Below, one piece after another: positions 13,001-24,618 of a stretch of 64,000 bases of DNA. The notes under the pieces are model-generated. The model was given only the letters and a program-made list of their open reading frames with translations, was not told the origin of the DNA and ran no database searches. The translations under genes and the position numbers were made by a program. The DNA lies in the NCBI GenBank assembly GCA_043228905.1, contig JBHGNT010000011.1, positions 7,130,001 to 7,194,000 of the forward strand. The letters run 5' to 3'. The DNA is from Azolla caroliniana. Its lineage: Eukaryota; Plantae; Polypodiophyta. Position 1 is the first letter of the stretch, and each line of letters starts with the position of its first letter.

Positions 13001-14455
13001 TACACATGAATAAATTAATGAACTAGAATACTCACTTAAAGATTTAGAAGACACGAGTGAATGAGAAGGAAGTTTGGAACATTGAATAAAATGTTTACAA
13101 TTATTAAGTTCAAATGTGATTGAGTGATTAACCCAATCAATGGACAAAGAAGGGTTTTTATTAAAAAACCAAGGATATCCTAAAATGACATCTGCGGATT
13201 GTAATTTCATAACATGAAAGTCAAGCTTCTCCAAATAAGTATCTATTTGAATTGGCAGTTGACAAACAATGCCACTGATGTATTGAACGTTTCCATTTGC
13301 CATGTGAACTTGATAGATATGATCACTTGCGTTTATGTGGAGCTCCATTTGCTGCACAAAGTGATCATTAAGAAAATTGTGAGAACTACCGGAATCAAAC
13401 AAGAAATGTGCTTGTGTTCCATTGATATATCCGACTGCTCGGAGTAAATCATTAGGTCCAAGTAAATGTGAAGGAAAAGTGCATTCACATAAACTTAAGT
13501 GATTGGTATGAACTTCAACAATATCAAAAGACTCACCTGTGTGACTCGTAGATTTGTCTTGAGGAGGGGTGTTCATTGACTTCCTCTCAAGACGACGACA
13601 GGTATCCTTTGTGTGGCCCCGCTTCTTGCAATATGCACAGAAGAGGTTCGGTTTCTTTGAGTCGCGGTCAAGAGTGTCACTGGATTGCTTACGTTTCCCA
13701 ATGAACTTGACATTCGGAGTTTTGGCGAACTCAGGTTTATTGTGGTCTTTCTTGGAAGTCCTATGGTATCGCAGCACAATGTTGACGGCTTCCTCGAAAG
13801 TTGTGGGGTCCTTGTCATGGACAATCCAATGATAATCCCCATTGGGAATACCATTCAAAAAACAAGCGACAAACCATTTCTCACCCGTAAGTCCCGATTT
13901 TTGGATCTGGGTCCGAGCGTGATGCACATAATCCTCGAGAGAGGTAAATGGCTTACTAGACAATGTGAGCAAGTGTTGCGCTTGTTCGGTTTGAGAAGGT
14001 GGCTGCAAGAATTGTTTCTTAAAAACATCAACGAAACCTTCCCAAGTTGTGGGTAAGTTTTTTGCGGTCCTTAGGCCACGCCACCAAGCAGCAGCTCGGC
14101 CACCTAACTCACGACCGACATAACCAATTTTTACTGCATCGGGCTTGGGATGAAGCTCAAAGTGAGACTCCCAACGACCAAGCCAAGTGCTAATGGCCTC
14201 CTCGGTTCTTTCTTTCTTATCTCCCTTGAAAGGCGTGACTACGAAGGAAGGTTCACCTTCTTTCTTGGACTCAATAGTTAATTCTTGGAATTTCTTTTCC
14301 AATGCCATATTGGCCTGTCTCATTTCGGCCAATTGATTCAAGGTAGTAGTGAGCAATTGCTCAATAGTGATCTCAGCGTGTGTGCGAGATGCGGATTGGG
14401 GTTGAGAGGTCTCATTTGGAGAGATCGTTCCAACTGCGTTCAAAACTTATTCCAT
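10075..14455 (-). pseudogene. F gag-pol polyprotein (gag, Zn knuckle, PR, RT, RNaseH, INT, chromodomain), disrupted
   Basis: CAYCKKRGHTKDTC, FLFDSGSS, FLDDILIYS, ETDASDYAIG, SDRDSKF, GQTERVNQ, chromodomain PERILDSR...KIKW...DATWE; stops at 14447-14449 and 11195-11197; frameshift near 10350. Confidence 0.93.
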
Positions 14456-15456
14456 GATGCACGTTGTGGGTATGCAATAAAATAAGGAGGTTCAGAAAAT
14501 ACACAAGCAAAATGAATGCTTGAAATTTTGATTGAAAGAACTTTATCCAAGAAAGTATCTCATGTCTTTACCCCTCTAGACATATGAGATGTGATTCGAG
14601 ATCCGATAACTATGGTAACACTATGGTGTTTTAAAAACCATGGGGGAAAACATAGCTAAGATGTATTTCTCGGATCTCTATCTTGAGTAATCATGGCGGC
14701 TCCCCGAGGCTCAACCATGGTTCTTACATCAATGAAATTTCCTAGATAGCCTTATATTAATGCCAACCCATCATGTATTATATGGTCGAGAAAGTGTATT
14801 ACGTGAAAAAACAAGTGCACTCACAAGTAATATTCTAGTCTTGCGAGCAATAAGCAAACGTGATGATAAAATGATAAAATAAGGCACTACTCATAAGAGT
14901 TAAGTAGTGACGAAAACAAGGGTAAAAAAAAAGAACCCATGTGTTACCTACGAAAAAAACAATGTCACAAATAAATGGGAAGTGCAAGGTATGCACATAT
15001 ACATCCCAATATGATTGTTATAACTTGCACAATTGTGACATAAGCCACAAATTGATACAAGTGATGACGGTGTTGTGCGCAAAGATGTAATACTCAAATC
15101 CATGAGTAAAACATCAATAAGGGAACTCATATGGTTTTACTCATTTTCTAAGGCTTGATGATAAGAGTTAAACCTAGATGACCCGTTGAAAAAAAAAATC
15201 GTTCAACAAGCCACTCCATACGAAAAAATAGTCTACACGTAAAGGTTACATTAAAAATAAACGATGTAAATACTTTATACATGAAAAGGAAGTGGAAAAA
15301 GGAGAGTTAATTGTGGGCGGGTAAATAATAATTACTAGAAAATCATATAAGTGAAACAATACTTATGAAATTAAAATTTAATTAGAATAATCAACAATTA
15401 GGTGTATGGAATCAAACATGCCCTAAGATACGAAACCCTAGGGTAGTTGACATGCA

Positions 15457-15775
15457 CCTCCTCAAGACCACCACATATCCCTAGAATCGGCCAAGTAATG
15501 GCTAATTAAAGCGGAAAGTGGCATAGGTAAGTGACATATACCTCGTCAAGGCCACATCATCCCTTAGAATCGGCCAATTGATGGCTAATTAAAAAGGAAA
15601 GTGACATATGTAAGCTATATATACCTTGTCAAGGCCACAACATCCCATAGAATCGGCCAATTGATGGCTTAATAGAGAGTAGAGTGGCATAGGTAGGCAA
15701 CATACACCTCGTCAAGGCCACATCATCCCTTAGAATCGGCCAAGTGATGGCTCAATAGAGGGGAAGAGTGGTATA
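15457..15775. repeat. About 83-bp tandem repeat x4 in the F 5' leader
   Basis: Units CCTCGTCAAGGCCACATCATCCCTTAGAATCGGCCAA... starting near 15457, 15541, 15624 and 15707. Confidence 0.9.
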
Positions 15776-15784
15776 CTCAACATC

Positions 15785-15970
15785 ATATGCAAAACGGCCA
15801 TGAGATAAGCGTGTGCGATTAGAGCAAACACGCTCGACCCAATGCACAAGAATAATTATTATCGTAAGAGTTCAAGAGAGGAGAGAGTGGGATATATATC
15901 GCAATATGCAAAAGGCCATGAGTTGAGCGTGTGCGATTAGTGCAAACACGCTCGGCCCGATGCATAATAA
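15785..15970. repeat. Two-copy direct repeat in the F 5' leader
   Basis: ATATGCAAAA.GGCCATGAG.T.AGCGTGTGCGATTAG.GCAAACACGCTCG at about 15785 and 15904. Confidence 0.85.
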
Positions 15971-16197
15971 TAAGTAAAATTGTAGCGTAGTAGGAGGTAG
16001 AAAGAAAGAGAATAAAACGTAATACCAATTTGATTCGACCATAAAGAACGCATAATAGAAAAAGAGAAGAGATCAAAAAAGAAGAATACCGGGTTTAGAG
16101 TGTTGTTTTGATCCTGAGAAGAGCATGACGAGCCTTGTTAGATCCCCCTCGCTCACACGCAAAAAACATCAAAACAACAAAAAAATTGTTAGTAAAA

Positions 16198-16209
16198 GCT
16201 CTGATACCA
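16198..16209 (-). promoter_or_regulatory. PBS tRNA-iMet of F
   Basis: Reverse complement TGGTATCAGAGC one base from the LTR. Confidence 0.95.
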
Positions 16210-17339
16210 CTGTTAAGAGTCTATTACTAATCAATAGACCAAATCAAGTAAAAAGGAAGAAAATAGATTGGATAGAAGAACCCGTTCCACCCGACCACCC
16301 CCGAGCTATGATCTAGACATAGCCAACCTACCACCGACGTCCCATACCGCCGGATATTAGGATGACTAATACCTTGGAAGAGATAAACACGATCGTCGAG
16401 ACGAAAGCCTAGCCCGCACCACCGGTGTCTACGACAGCAGCCTTCCGACGTGATGATTCCTATGAGGGTAGCTAAGCCTCATATTTATACCTTTTCCTAG
16501 GCCCCTTGAATAGATGTGCCTTTCTAAAAGGCTCTCTATTCATTGGTTGTCTAAATCATGATAGTGCATGCACATATCATTCATTCTATCCAATCATTAG
16601 TCCCCTTTTTAATAATAGTGAACACACCCTTCACTAATGTAAATATTAGTGACCTACCCTCACCAACGTTATGTGTACATAACACGTGGAGAAAACCGTT
16701 CCTAGGCGGAAACGGGGTATAACGTGCGTAAACCAGCCCTTACACGTGGGCACAAGTTTGTTGTATAGTTCGTAGGTAGGTACAAGTCGCCTAAGGCGAA
16801 ATCCCAGGTAGTACACATTCAGTAGGGAGGAAATCGAGGCACATCCCTATCCGAAAGGACAGGGAATAAACATGATGTAACGAGTGGTAACAGCCTCCCT
16901 CCTTGGGTTATAAAAGAGAGGGAGAAGTGAGAGACAGATATAGGGTTTTGGGAGCGAGGAGGAAGTGATGTCGGACCGGGACCGAGCTCTCTCCTCCATC
17001 GTTCGACTTTCTCTGCAGGATTTCGGACTGTGTTGCCTCTGCTTCGTGGACAGCCCATGTGCTTCCGGCAGAGGCTCCACTGTGCAGTCGGGTTGTGTGC
17101 GTGCGTGAGCATCGTGTGTATGTGTGTGTGTCCGCCTAGGTTGGGTCCGTCGTCGGCTTGCCGGTTGTAATCGTTGTCGATTGTAATTAAGACTTCATTC
17201 TCTGTCTCTTTCCTCCTCTGTGTTTCTGCAAGCTGTGGTCTCTCTCTCTCTCTCTTCCCTCTTTCTCACGCCCCTTGGTTCAAGGCCCCCGCGGTCCCGC
17301 CTCTTTCCGAATCAGAAGAGCGTAACAACGCGACATATT

Positions 17340-17357
17340 TGGTGAACCCGACGTGAA
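17340..17357 (+). promoter_or_regulatory. PBS complementary to the tRNA-Trp 3' end (element E)
   Basis: TGGTGAACCCGACGTGAA is the reverse complement of TTCACGTCGGGTTCACCA, matching the plant cytosolic tRNA-Trp 3' end as recalled; 4 nt after the LTR end. Confidence 0.8.
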
Positions 17358-17378
17358 CAAGCAGCAAAGGAGTGAAGG

Positions 17379-18435
17379 ATGATGGGATCCGAGCTTGCTG
17401 AAGCTATGGCCATAGCCGTCGACCGGCTAGTGAGCGCTCACGAGGGAACGGGTGCCCTCGACAGGGCCATTGAGTCGATCGTCAGCACCATTGGTCGATT
17501 TGGTGGGAAGAATGCCACGAGCTACTTGGAGGCCTACCGGGCCGAAATGATCATGAGGGATATCTCAGTGGACATGCAGTTGTCCGGATTCCCTCGGATA
17601 GTGACGCCGAGCATCCGCGCAGAGGTGCTCGAGGTGTTGGCCGGATGCCGGACTTGGGAGGAATTTGAGCTGCGGCTCCTCGAGATGTATGGCTTCGATG
17701 ACTCGCTTCGGTTGTCGAAGCGAGACTTCATGGCTTGGGTTGAGAGCCTAGGGAAGGGGAGAAACGCATTGGCGCTCCTCCAGGAGTTCGAGAAACGGTT
17801 CGCACAATTGTCAACGCTGGACCGGACCATGCTTGACACAAGCCGAGTACTATTGTTCATCAAGGTGGTGCACGCCATGGACCGGGAGAAGGTGGGTCTC
17901 CTGTTGGAAATGGACGAAGGTCTCACGGCAGACTGGGCCATGGTAAGGAGGGTCTGCGGTCGTTTCGACAAGCGGCGCGAGTGGAGCGATGAGGGCTCGT
18001 CGGCGGCAAGGCCGGTCCCGGCGAGGGAGCTCGAGGAGCTGGTCTCGGTACCGGCTAGGAAGGAAGAAACTCGGAGTTGGCTTGAGACGGGCTCAGCCCC
18101 GAGCGGAGTGGTCAAAGGTCCCTCCGGAGGCGCAGCTCTAGAAGAGTTGTCACTGATGGTGCGAGATCTCCAAATTGCACAGGGGCGAACAATCTCGTGA
18201 CCGAAGGCCGCCAGCAAGGCAGCGGTGCATGTGGTGTGACGCGGTCGGTCACATACGGAAAGAATGCGCGGATTTCGCAGAGGCACTTAGGAGCAACATG
18301 GTTTACCTCTGGAACGGGCAGGTGCACGCGAGTGAGACCCGGAAAGTCCTAGAGTTGAATTCGGGGCGCCGCGGAATGAAGCGGTTGATGGAAGAGGCTG
18401 CGGCACGACATGTAGAGGTCGTTAACTATTCTTGA
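17379..18435 (+). pseudogene. E gag (capsid-like region plus CCHC knuckle, one frameshift)
   Basis: 273-aa ORF (GRFGGKNATSYLEAY...WEEFELRLLEMY) directly after the PBS; CX2CX4HX4C in the adjacent frame. Confidence 0.75.
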
Positions 18436-21400
18436 TGCGACCGAGGTGAACACAACAATGTATGCAAAGGGACTCAAGGTTGAGTCTGATATTGAGTTGT
18501 GGCACAAACGGGTTGGCCATGTAAACCTCGATAAACTCTGATCAATGCAAACAAAAGGGGTTGTGCATGGATTGCCACAATTTACTTCGAAACATCCTGA
18601 TAATGTATGTGAGGCGTGCCAACTAGGCAAGCAACATAAGCATCCATTCCTAAGTGAAAGAAATGTGAGTAAAGGCTTGTTGGACGTCATGCACTCAGAT
18701 GTATGGGGCCCAGCTCAAACAACGACAATCGGTGGGTGTAGGTACTTCGTTACCTTCATTGAAGACTATTCGTAGCATACTTGGATATGCCCGATGAAGT
18801 CGAAAAGTGAGGTCTTCTCCCACTTTCTCAAGTTAAAGAATCGCATGGAAAATGAAACGAATCGCAAGATTCGATGCTTACGGTCTGATGGTGGCCAAGA
18901 ATACTTCTCAACCGAGTTCAAAGCCTTTCTAGAAGAGAAGGGGATTCGCCGGGAATTCTCTTGCCGGTACACACCACAACAAAATGGTGTTGCTGAGCGG
19001 AAGAATCGCACAATTCTTGAGATGGTGTGCGCCATGCTGCATGAAAAGAACATGCCCAAGATCTATTGGGCAGGGGCAGCAATTATGGCTATGTATCTCA
19101 TCAATAGGTGCTTGACCGAGGGTGTCCATGACATCACCCCTCACAAGAAGTATTTTGGGACAAAGCCAGACCTTTCGCACTTGAAGGTTTTTGGTAGCAT
19201 TGCATTTGTGCATGTCCCCGATGAGAAGCGGAGAAAGCTTGACCCAAAATCAAAGAAGATGATCCTCATCGGTTACTCACTTGAGCAAAAAGGTTATAAG
19301 TGTTTTAACACCATCACTCGACAATCACGAGTAAGCCGAGATGTGGTATTTGATGAGGTCACATCATGGTATGGCCCAACATCAGTGACCCCCGTCGTGC
19401 TCGAAACAAGCAAATCTGGAGCAGATTCTCAGAGTGAAGAAGAAGAGATGCTAACGACCATTATGGGTGGAGAACCAATAGAGAGTTTGCCCACACTCCA
19501 GCTGACTGGACCTGAGGTGTCATCCAGCAATCAGAGTCTTGCATAGCATGAAGAAACCTCTGATGTGCTGTCACCTTGGTGTTATACCTGTAGAAAGAAG
19601 AAAAAGGGCAAGATGTCTGAGCAAGAGGCCAAAGACATGACATCTGGTGAAGACTCAGATCATCCACCTCGATCGGTCCATAGCAAGTATGAAATGAAGA
19701 AGGCCCTAGAGGTGACCAAAGGAAAACTCCGTCAATCAAACCGACAAAAGAACCTGATAATTAGGTTTGGCTACAATGAGTACATGGCCCACCACTATGC
19801 ATTCATGATGAAGGTCGCAGCAGACCAAGAACCCGAGACTTACAAAGAAGCTGCCCAAGATCCCCGGTGGATCGAGGCAATTAGGGAGGAGATGCGCGCG
19901 TTGTTTGACAACGATACTTGGGATTTAGCCCCATCCTCTGAAATCAAGAAAAAGCCAATTGGTTGTCATTGGGTGTTCAAGATAAAGTATAATACAGATG
20001 GCACGGTCAATCGGTTCAACGCTCGGCTAGTCGCCAAAGGGTATGCACAAACCCATGGCATAGACTATGAGGAAACATTTGCCCCAATGGCAAAAATGAC
20101 CACCGTGAGGACAGTAATTGCACTCGCAATAGCGAAAGGATGGCACTTGCATCAAATGGATGTGAAGAACGCATTCCTCTAAGGTGAGCTCGAGGAGGAA
20201 GTTTACATGATCCAACCACATGGCTTCGAATCAAACAAACATCCACATGCAATTTGCCGATTGAAGAAGCCGCTCTATGGATTGAAGCAAGCCCCAAGAG
20301 CATGGCATTCAAAATCACATCATATCTTCACGACATTGGCTTCCGGATGTCAAAATCTGATAACTCGTTGTATGTTCAGAACAATCCCAAAAGCCCCATC
20401 TTCTTACTCTTGTATGTCGATGACCTTGTCATCGGTGGAGAAAGCCTCACCGAGATACAAAAGATTAAAAAGCTGCTTTTACAAAAGTTCAAGATGAAGG
20501 ATTTGAATGACTTACATTATTTTCTCGGCATCGAGGTCATTCAAACTCTAGAAGGGTTCCTACTCTCACAATGACGCTATGTGTTGAACTTGCTCTACAA
20601 GTTCGGAATGACCGAATGTAAGTCCATCTCCACACCCCTTGATCGAAATATGAAGCTAACTGCAAATTCTGGAAAATTTTGCAAGTCGACACAGTATCGC
20701 CAAATAATTGGGAGTCTTATCTACCTAACTATCACCCGACCAGACCTCAACTATCCGATCAGGGTTCTTAGCCAGTTCATGGAAACCCCCCGCGACACTC
20801 ACATGGATTGTGCCAAGCGAGTGTTACGTTATATTAGTGGAACACTTAATTATGGTATCTTCTATAAGCGTGGAGCACCACTTCGACTCAAAGGTTTCAC
20901 GAATGCTTATTGGGCAGGCAATGCATCTGATAGGCGATCCACTTCGGGATTTATGGTTTCACTCAGTAGTGGAGCAGTCTCTTGGAGCAGCAAGAAACAA
21001 CCAACAGTCGCTCTATCAAGCACTGAGGTGGAGTATAGGGCCGCAGTTGTAGCTGCTTGCGAAGTTGTATGGCTTAAAAGACTACTGAAAGACTTCAATG
21101 AATTGGTGAACAAGCCAATACTAATCCACTGTGATAATCTCAGCAGCATCCAGCTTGCAAAGAATCCGTTGTTTCATGCGCGGACTAAGCACATTGAGGT
21201 GCACTATCATTACATCCGTGAGCGCATATTGGCCGATGACATTGACCTCCAATACGTTCGCACCAACATGCAAGTGGCTGATATTTTCACTAAGGCGCTA
21301 GGTCTCAACAAGCTATGGCAATTCTCAGTGGATCTAGGCCTTAGACCACTTGATATGCTCAGCTTGGGGGAGAGTAAAAGTACAAAGACAAAGGAAAACA

Positions 21401-22141
21401 TGGAGAATCAGCACGATACAAGAGGAAGAGTGAGACCGGCACATCTAATCTAACTTGACCCGGCAAGTTAGAGGAAGACTTTCCAAAGCCCGGAATTTTT
21501 GAAGCTCGAAATTTTGGATTGGCAAGATCAACATTGCTAGATCAAGATCGAGTACATAGGAACAATGGGAAAACCACAGTCTAGTAGTCCAACCAACTAC
21601 AGTTGGGTCTTCAACTACACCAAGACAACCAAGCTTAAGAGGACACACAATTGACCTTGAGGGGGCGTTTTGAGAATCAAGCTCAACTTGTGTGAACATG
21701 TGCTTATGAAGAAAAGGACGATGTGTGAAAAAGTGTGTGAGCACACTTTATTGTAATCTGTGTAGTTGTCGAGTGTGTGAGAGCACACTTTATTGTAATC
21801 CGTGTAGTTGTCAAGTGTTAGTGTGGTCAAAGAATATTAGATATTCTTATGACAAAATCGTACTCAAGTGGATGTCTTGGTTAGATTCCACCAACACATT
21901 TAATAGGGCAATCCCTTGAGGACTTGTATATAAACTCCCCTTTGGCCATTTAGTTTAGTTGATGATCTTTAGTTAATTAATATAGCTCTCTTAAGTGCAT
22001 AAGTTGCCATCCCCCTACTGTGTATTTTCTTATTATTTTCTGGTTATTCTCTCTTATTTCTTCTCTTGTTTATTCACCCACTCTCACACAAACACACTAC
22101 GCTTCTGAATACTCAACTCTACTAGAGTTAGATTCTTTACA
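18428..22141 (+). mobile_element. Ty1/copia element C (5'-truncated; INT-RT-RNaseH and 3' LTR 21668-22141), inserted in the B 5' LTR
   Basis: [51 protein letters not shown]; PPT TTGAGGGGGCG; LTR ends GATTCTTTACA like B; B LTR sequence resumes at 22142. Confidence 0.92.
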
Positions 22142-22174
22142 ATATATTTAATGTGTAGAGAGTAGTGGTGTGAC

Positions 22175-24532
22175 TAGTGTTGGGCAAAGTTTCTAGTCCC
22201 TACCGGAAATTTTCCTGCTTCTTATGATCCTAACCGGAAATTAAAAATTTTAACCTACCACTTTCCTACGAGTGATAATGTCAACCGGAACATGTTAAAT
22301 TTTCTTTTGGCACTGAAACTAATGAATGTAAGATCTTAATCAAATCCACAACCTTTTATCATGTAATCTTTTCTTGATGACCTATTTACCATTGCGTTGG
22401 CCAAAGACTTAGACGTCCTTGGCAACACATGAATGTTTAAGGCTTCAATATTATTCATAACTTGTCTATATCTAAGTTGTTTACAAACAACAATGTATAG
22501 TTACATTTCTAGGAAATTAGCCTCTCCTATCCACACAAAAAATCATGGCATTTGGTACTTTGGTTATATACATTATACAAATTAGAATGATTGAAAAGCT
22601 ATTATTCCAATAATGGTTATTTAGGCCTATCAATTTTTTCCCAGCCTTATCTGGGTTGCCTATCAACAATTTCTAGCTTTGTGAATTCATTGAGCTCTAC
22701 AATGGAAAAAAGGAACAAACCATACTTTTATATAGCTTTGAGCCACCACCAACATTGCCAATAAAAGAATAGTGACACATGGAATGGACACCAAAAACAT
22801 ATTTTATTATTGCTTTTAGAGGACAAAATATGGCCTACAAGGACCCAAAGTGAAACATTTTCAGTATGTGGAATCGATTAGTGACTTTCATGAAATGGAA
22901 TGAACTAAACTTAAGTGTTCATATCTCTACATATACAACATCTACAAGTGAAATAAACAAAAGAAAGTTAGATAGGAGAATGATATGATACTCACTCTAG
23001 TCAAACTCAAGACCCGAGCAACTAATGTAGATCTCGTTGTTGATACAAAAGAAACAATGTCTCTAGTTCTACTCTCGTTCAAATCAATAGATAAAAAAAT
23101 CATTAAATTCAATTTATCTTCCCCAAAAGAACTTGTTTTTTAAATTAAGGTGTTCTTTAAACGAATGATTTTGAATATGCAAAATTAAATTTTCACTTTC
23201 TAGGCATTACATTTTATGAACATCCACATATTCATCTGTCTCATCAACAATCTCTTCCTACATTATTATTAACCCACAAAGGTGCATGAGATGAAAGAAA
23301 CAAAGCACCCATAGTTGAGATGTATGTGCAAACTGCTTGGAGTTTAATACACAAATGAATTAGCCACATTAAGGCAAACACGAAAACATACCTCTTATGG
23401 TTTGATGAGTTGAGGGTTCCTTCTGCATTTGCATAGATCGGAAGGCTATCAAACATCTCATAATCTCCACAACATGAGTACAAACAGATGGCCTTATGTC
23501 CTACATCATTGGTATGTTGTTGACATAGAGACAACATATTAAATCAGTGTCCATATTAATTGCACAAAAGATCGGTTTCTTGTGGGCAATAACCAATTAA
23601 AGCACGGTACATATATCTACATTACATGATAGAAGTATTCCATCTCCATCATCTGACCAACTAATTCCAATTCCTGCTAAACAAGAAAAGACGAATTCAT
23701 CTTCTCCAACAACAGTTAGAAATTATGTGAAGCAGTACGTAATCATGTGGTTCATGCTTTTATATAATCCTAACACATATGATTCAACATGCCGGCCCCC
23801 TCCCTTGTTCCTTGATAGAAATCCCGTCCCACTAATTATTGCTTCCAATTTCCTATCTATGTTAGCAAGTTGTAGCATCGACAATAAAAGCTCTAAAACC
23901 TTGAGTACATTTACCAAAAAATTCATTATGATGATAAGAAAAAACCCAAAACATTGATCCATAATGAAGATAAAAACAAAAAATATTGCCAGTTACATAA
24001 CAAAAATAAGGGAAGGTTTAAAGGAAAACAAAATTTATTGAAGAAAATGACTTACTTTCTTCTTGTCAAGGCCGAATTTCTCAAATTTCACTACTCCTTC
24101 GATGAGTACACTATTTGCGAAGAGGTAATATAGACATGGGAAAAGAGAGGGAAAATAGGGGAAAAAGAAGTAGGGGAACATGGAAAATGAGGCATTCGAC
24201 AGTAGGGGAACAGGGAAAAGAGGGGAAAAAGAGGGATTTGAGAGTAGGGAAACAGGGAAAAACATGGTCAAAGAGGGGGGAAAGAGGGATTCAAGAGTAG
24301 GGAAACGGGGAAAAACACAGTGAAAGAGGGGGAAAGAGGGAAACTCGTTTTTTTAACATTATTTTTTTAAACAAAATGCATAAATAGCTGGCTACAAAAA
24401 TATGAACTGGCTAGATTCCGGTTTTTGGGAAATTCTAGCCGAAATAAGTTCCGTGCTCTCTCCCACCTTGGCCGGCAAAGTCCCAACGTAACCAGAACAC
24501 TAACATTGTTCCTAGGACTTTGCCCAACATTG
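22175..24532. mobile_element. Non-autonomous hAT-type DNA transposon in the B 5' LTR
   Basis: TIRs TAGTGTTGGGCAAAGT and ACTTTGCCCAACATTG; perfect 8-bp TSD GGTGTGAC at 22167-22174 and 24533-24540; subterminal ACCGGAA motifs; no intact transposase ORF. Confidence 0.9.
24137..24345. repeat. Purine-rich degenerate tandem repeat (about 50 bp) inside the hAT
   Basis: Repeated GAGTAGGGAAAC.GGGAAAAACA..GT.AAAGAGGGGGGAAAGAGGG. Confidence 0.8.
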
Positions 24533-24618
24533 GGTGTGACTCTTGACCTTTGAGTAATCATATATTCTCAAAAGGTGTGTTCACATGTTGCACCTTGAGC
24601 TTGATTCTCAACAAAGAG

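Larger units (their letters stand above)
9594..16684 (-). mobile_element. Full-length Ty3/gypsy chromovirus F (youngest insertion)
   Basis: 474-bp LTRs 9594-10067 and 16211-16684, one mismatch seen; TSD CGTGG at 9589-9593 and 16685-16689; Met PBS 16198-16209; PPT 10068-10080. Confidence 0.96.
9586..18431 (+). mobile_element. Gypsy-like element E (5' LTR, tRNA-Trp PBS, gag), 3'-truncated
   Basis: LTR = 9586-9593 plus 16690-17335 (TGTCGTGG...CGCGACA, split by F); PBS at 17340; gag 17379-18200 followed by frameshifted Zn knuckle CMWCDAVGHIRKEC. Confidence 0.82.
935..24613 (-). mobile_element. Ty1/copia LTR retrotransposon B nested in the A gag
   Basis: TG...CA ends; perfect 5-bp TSD AAGAG at 930-934 and 24614-24618; 3' LTR 935-1394 with PPT next to it; 5' LTR remnant 22142-22174 plus 24533-24613. 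Confidence 0.92.

Noticed and set aside
15457-15775. Repeat array resembling CRISPR (constant core with variable intervening sequence)
   Set aside because: The intervening parts are homologous to each other, there are no cas genes, and it lies in a eukaryotic retrotransposon leader
17534-18286. 250-aa antisense ORF
   Set aside because: Shadow of the GC-rich E gag with no recognisable motifs; the same applies to most short antisense ORFs in the track
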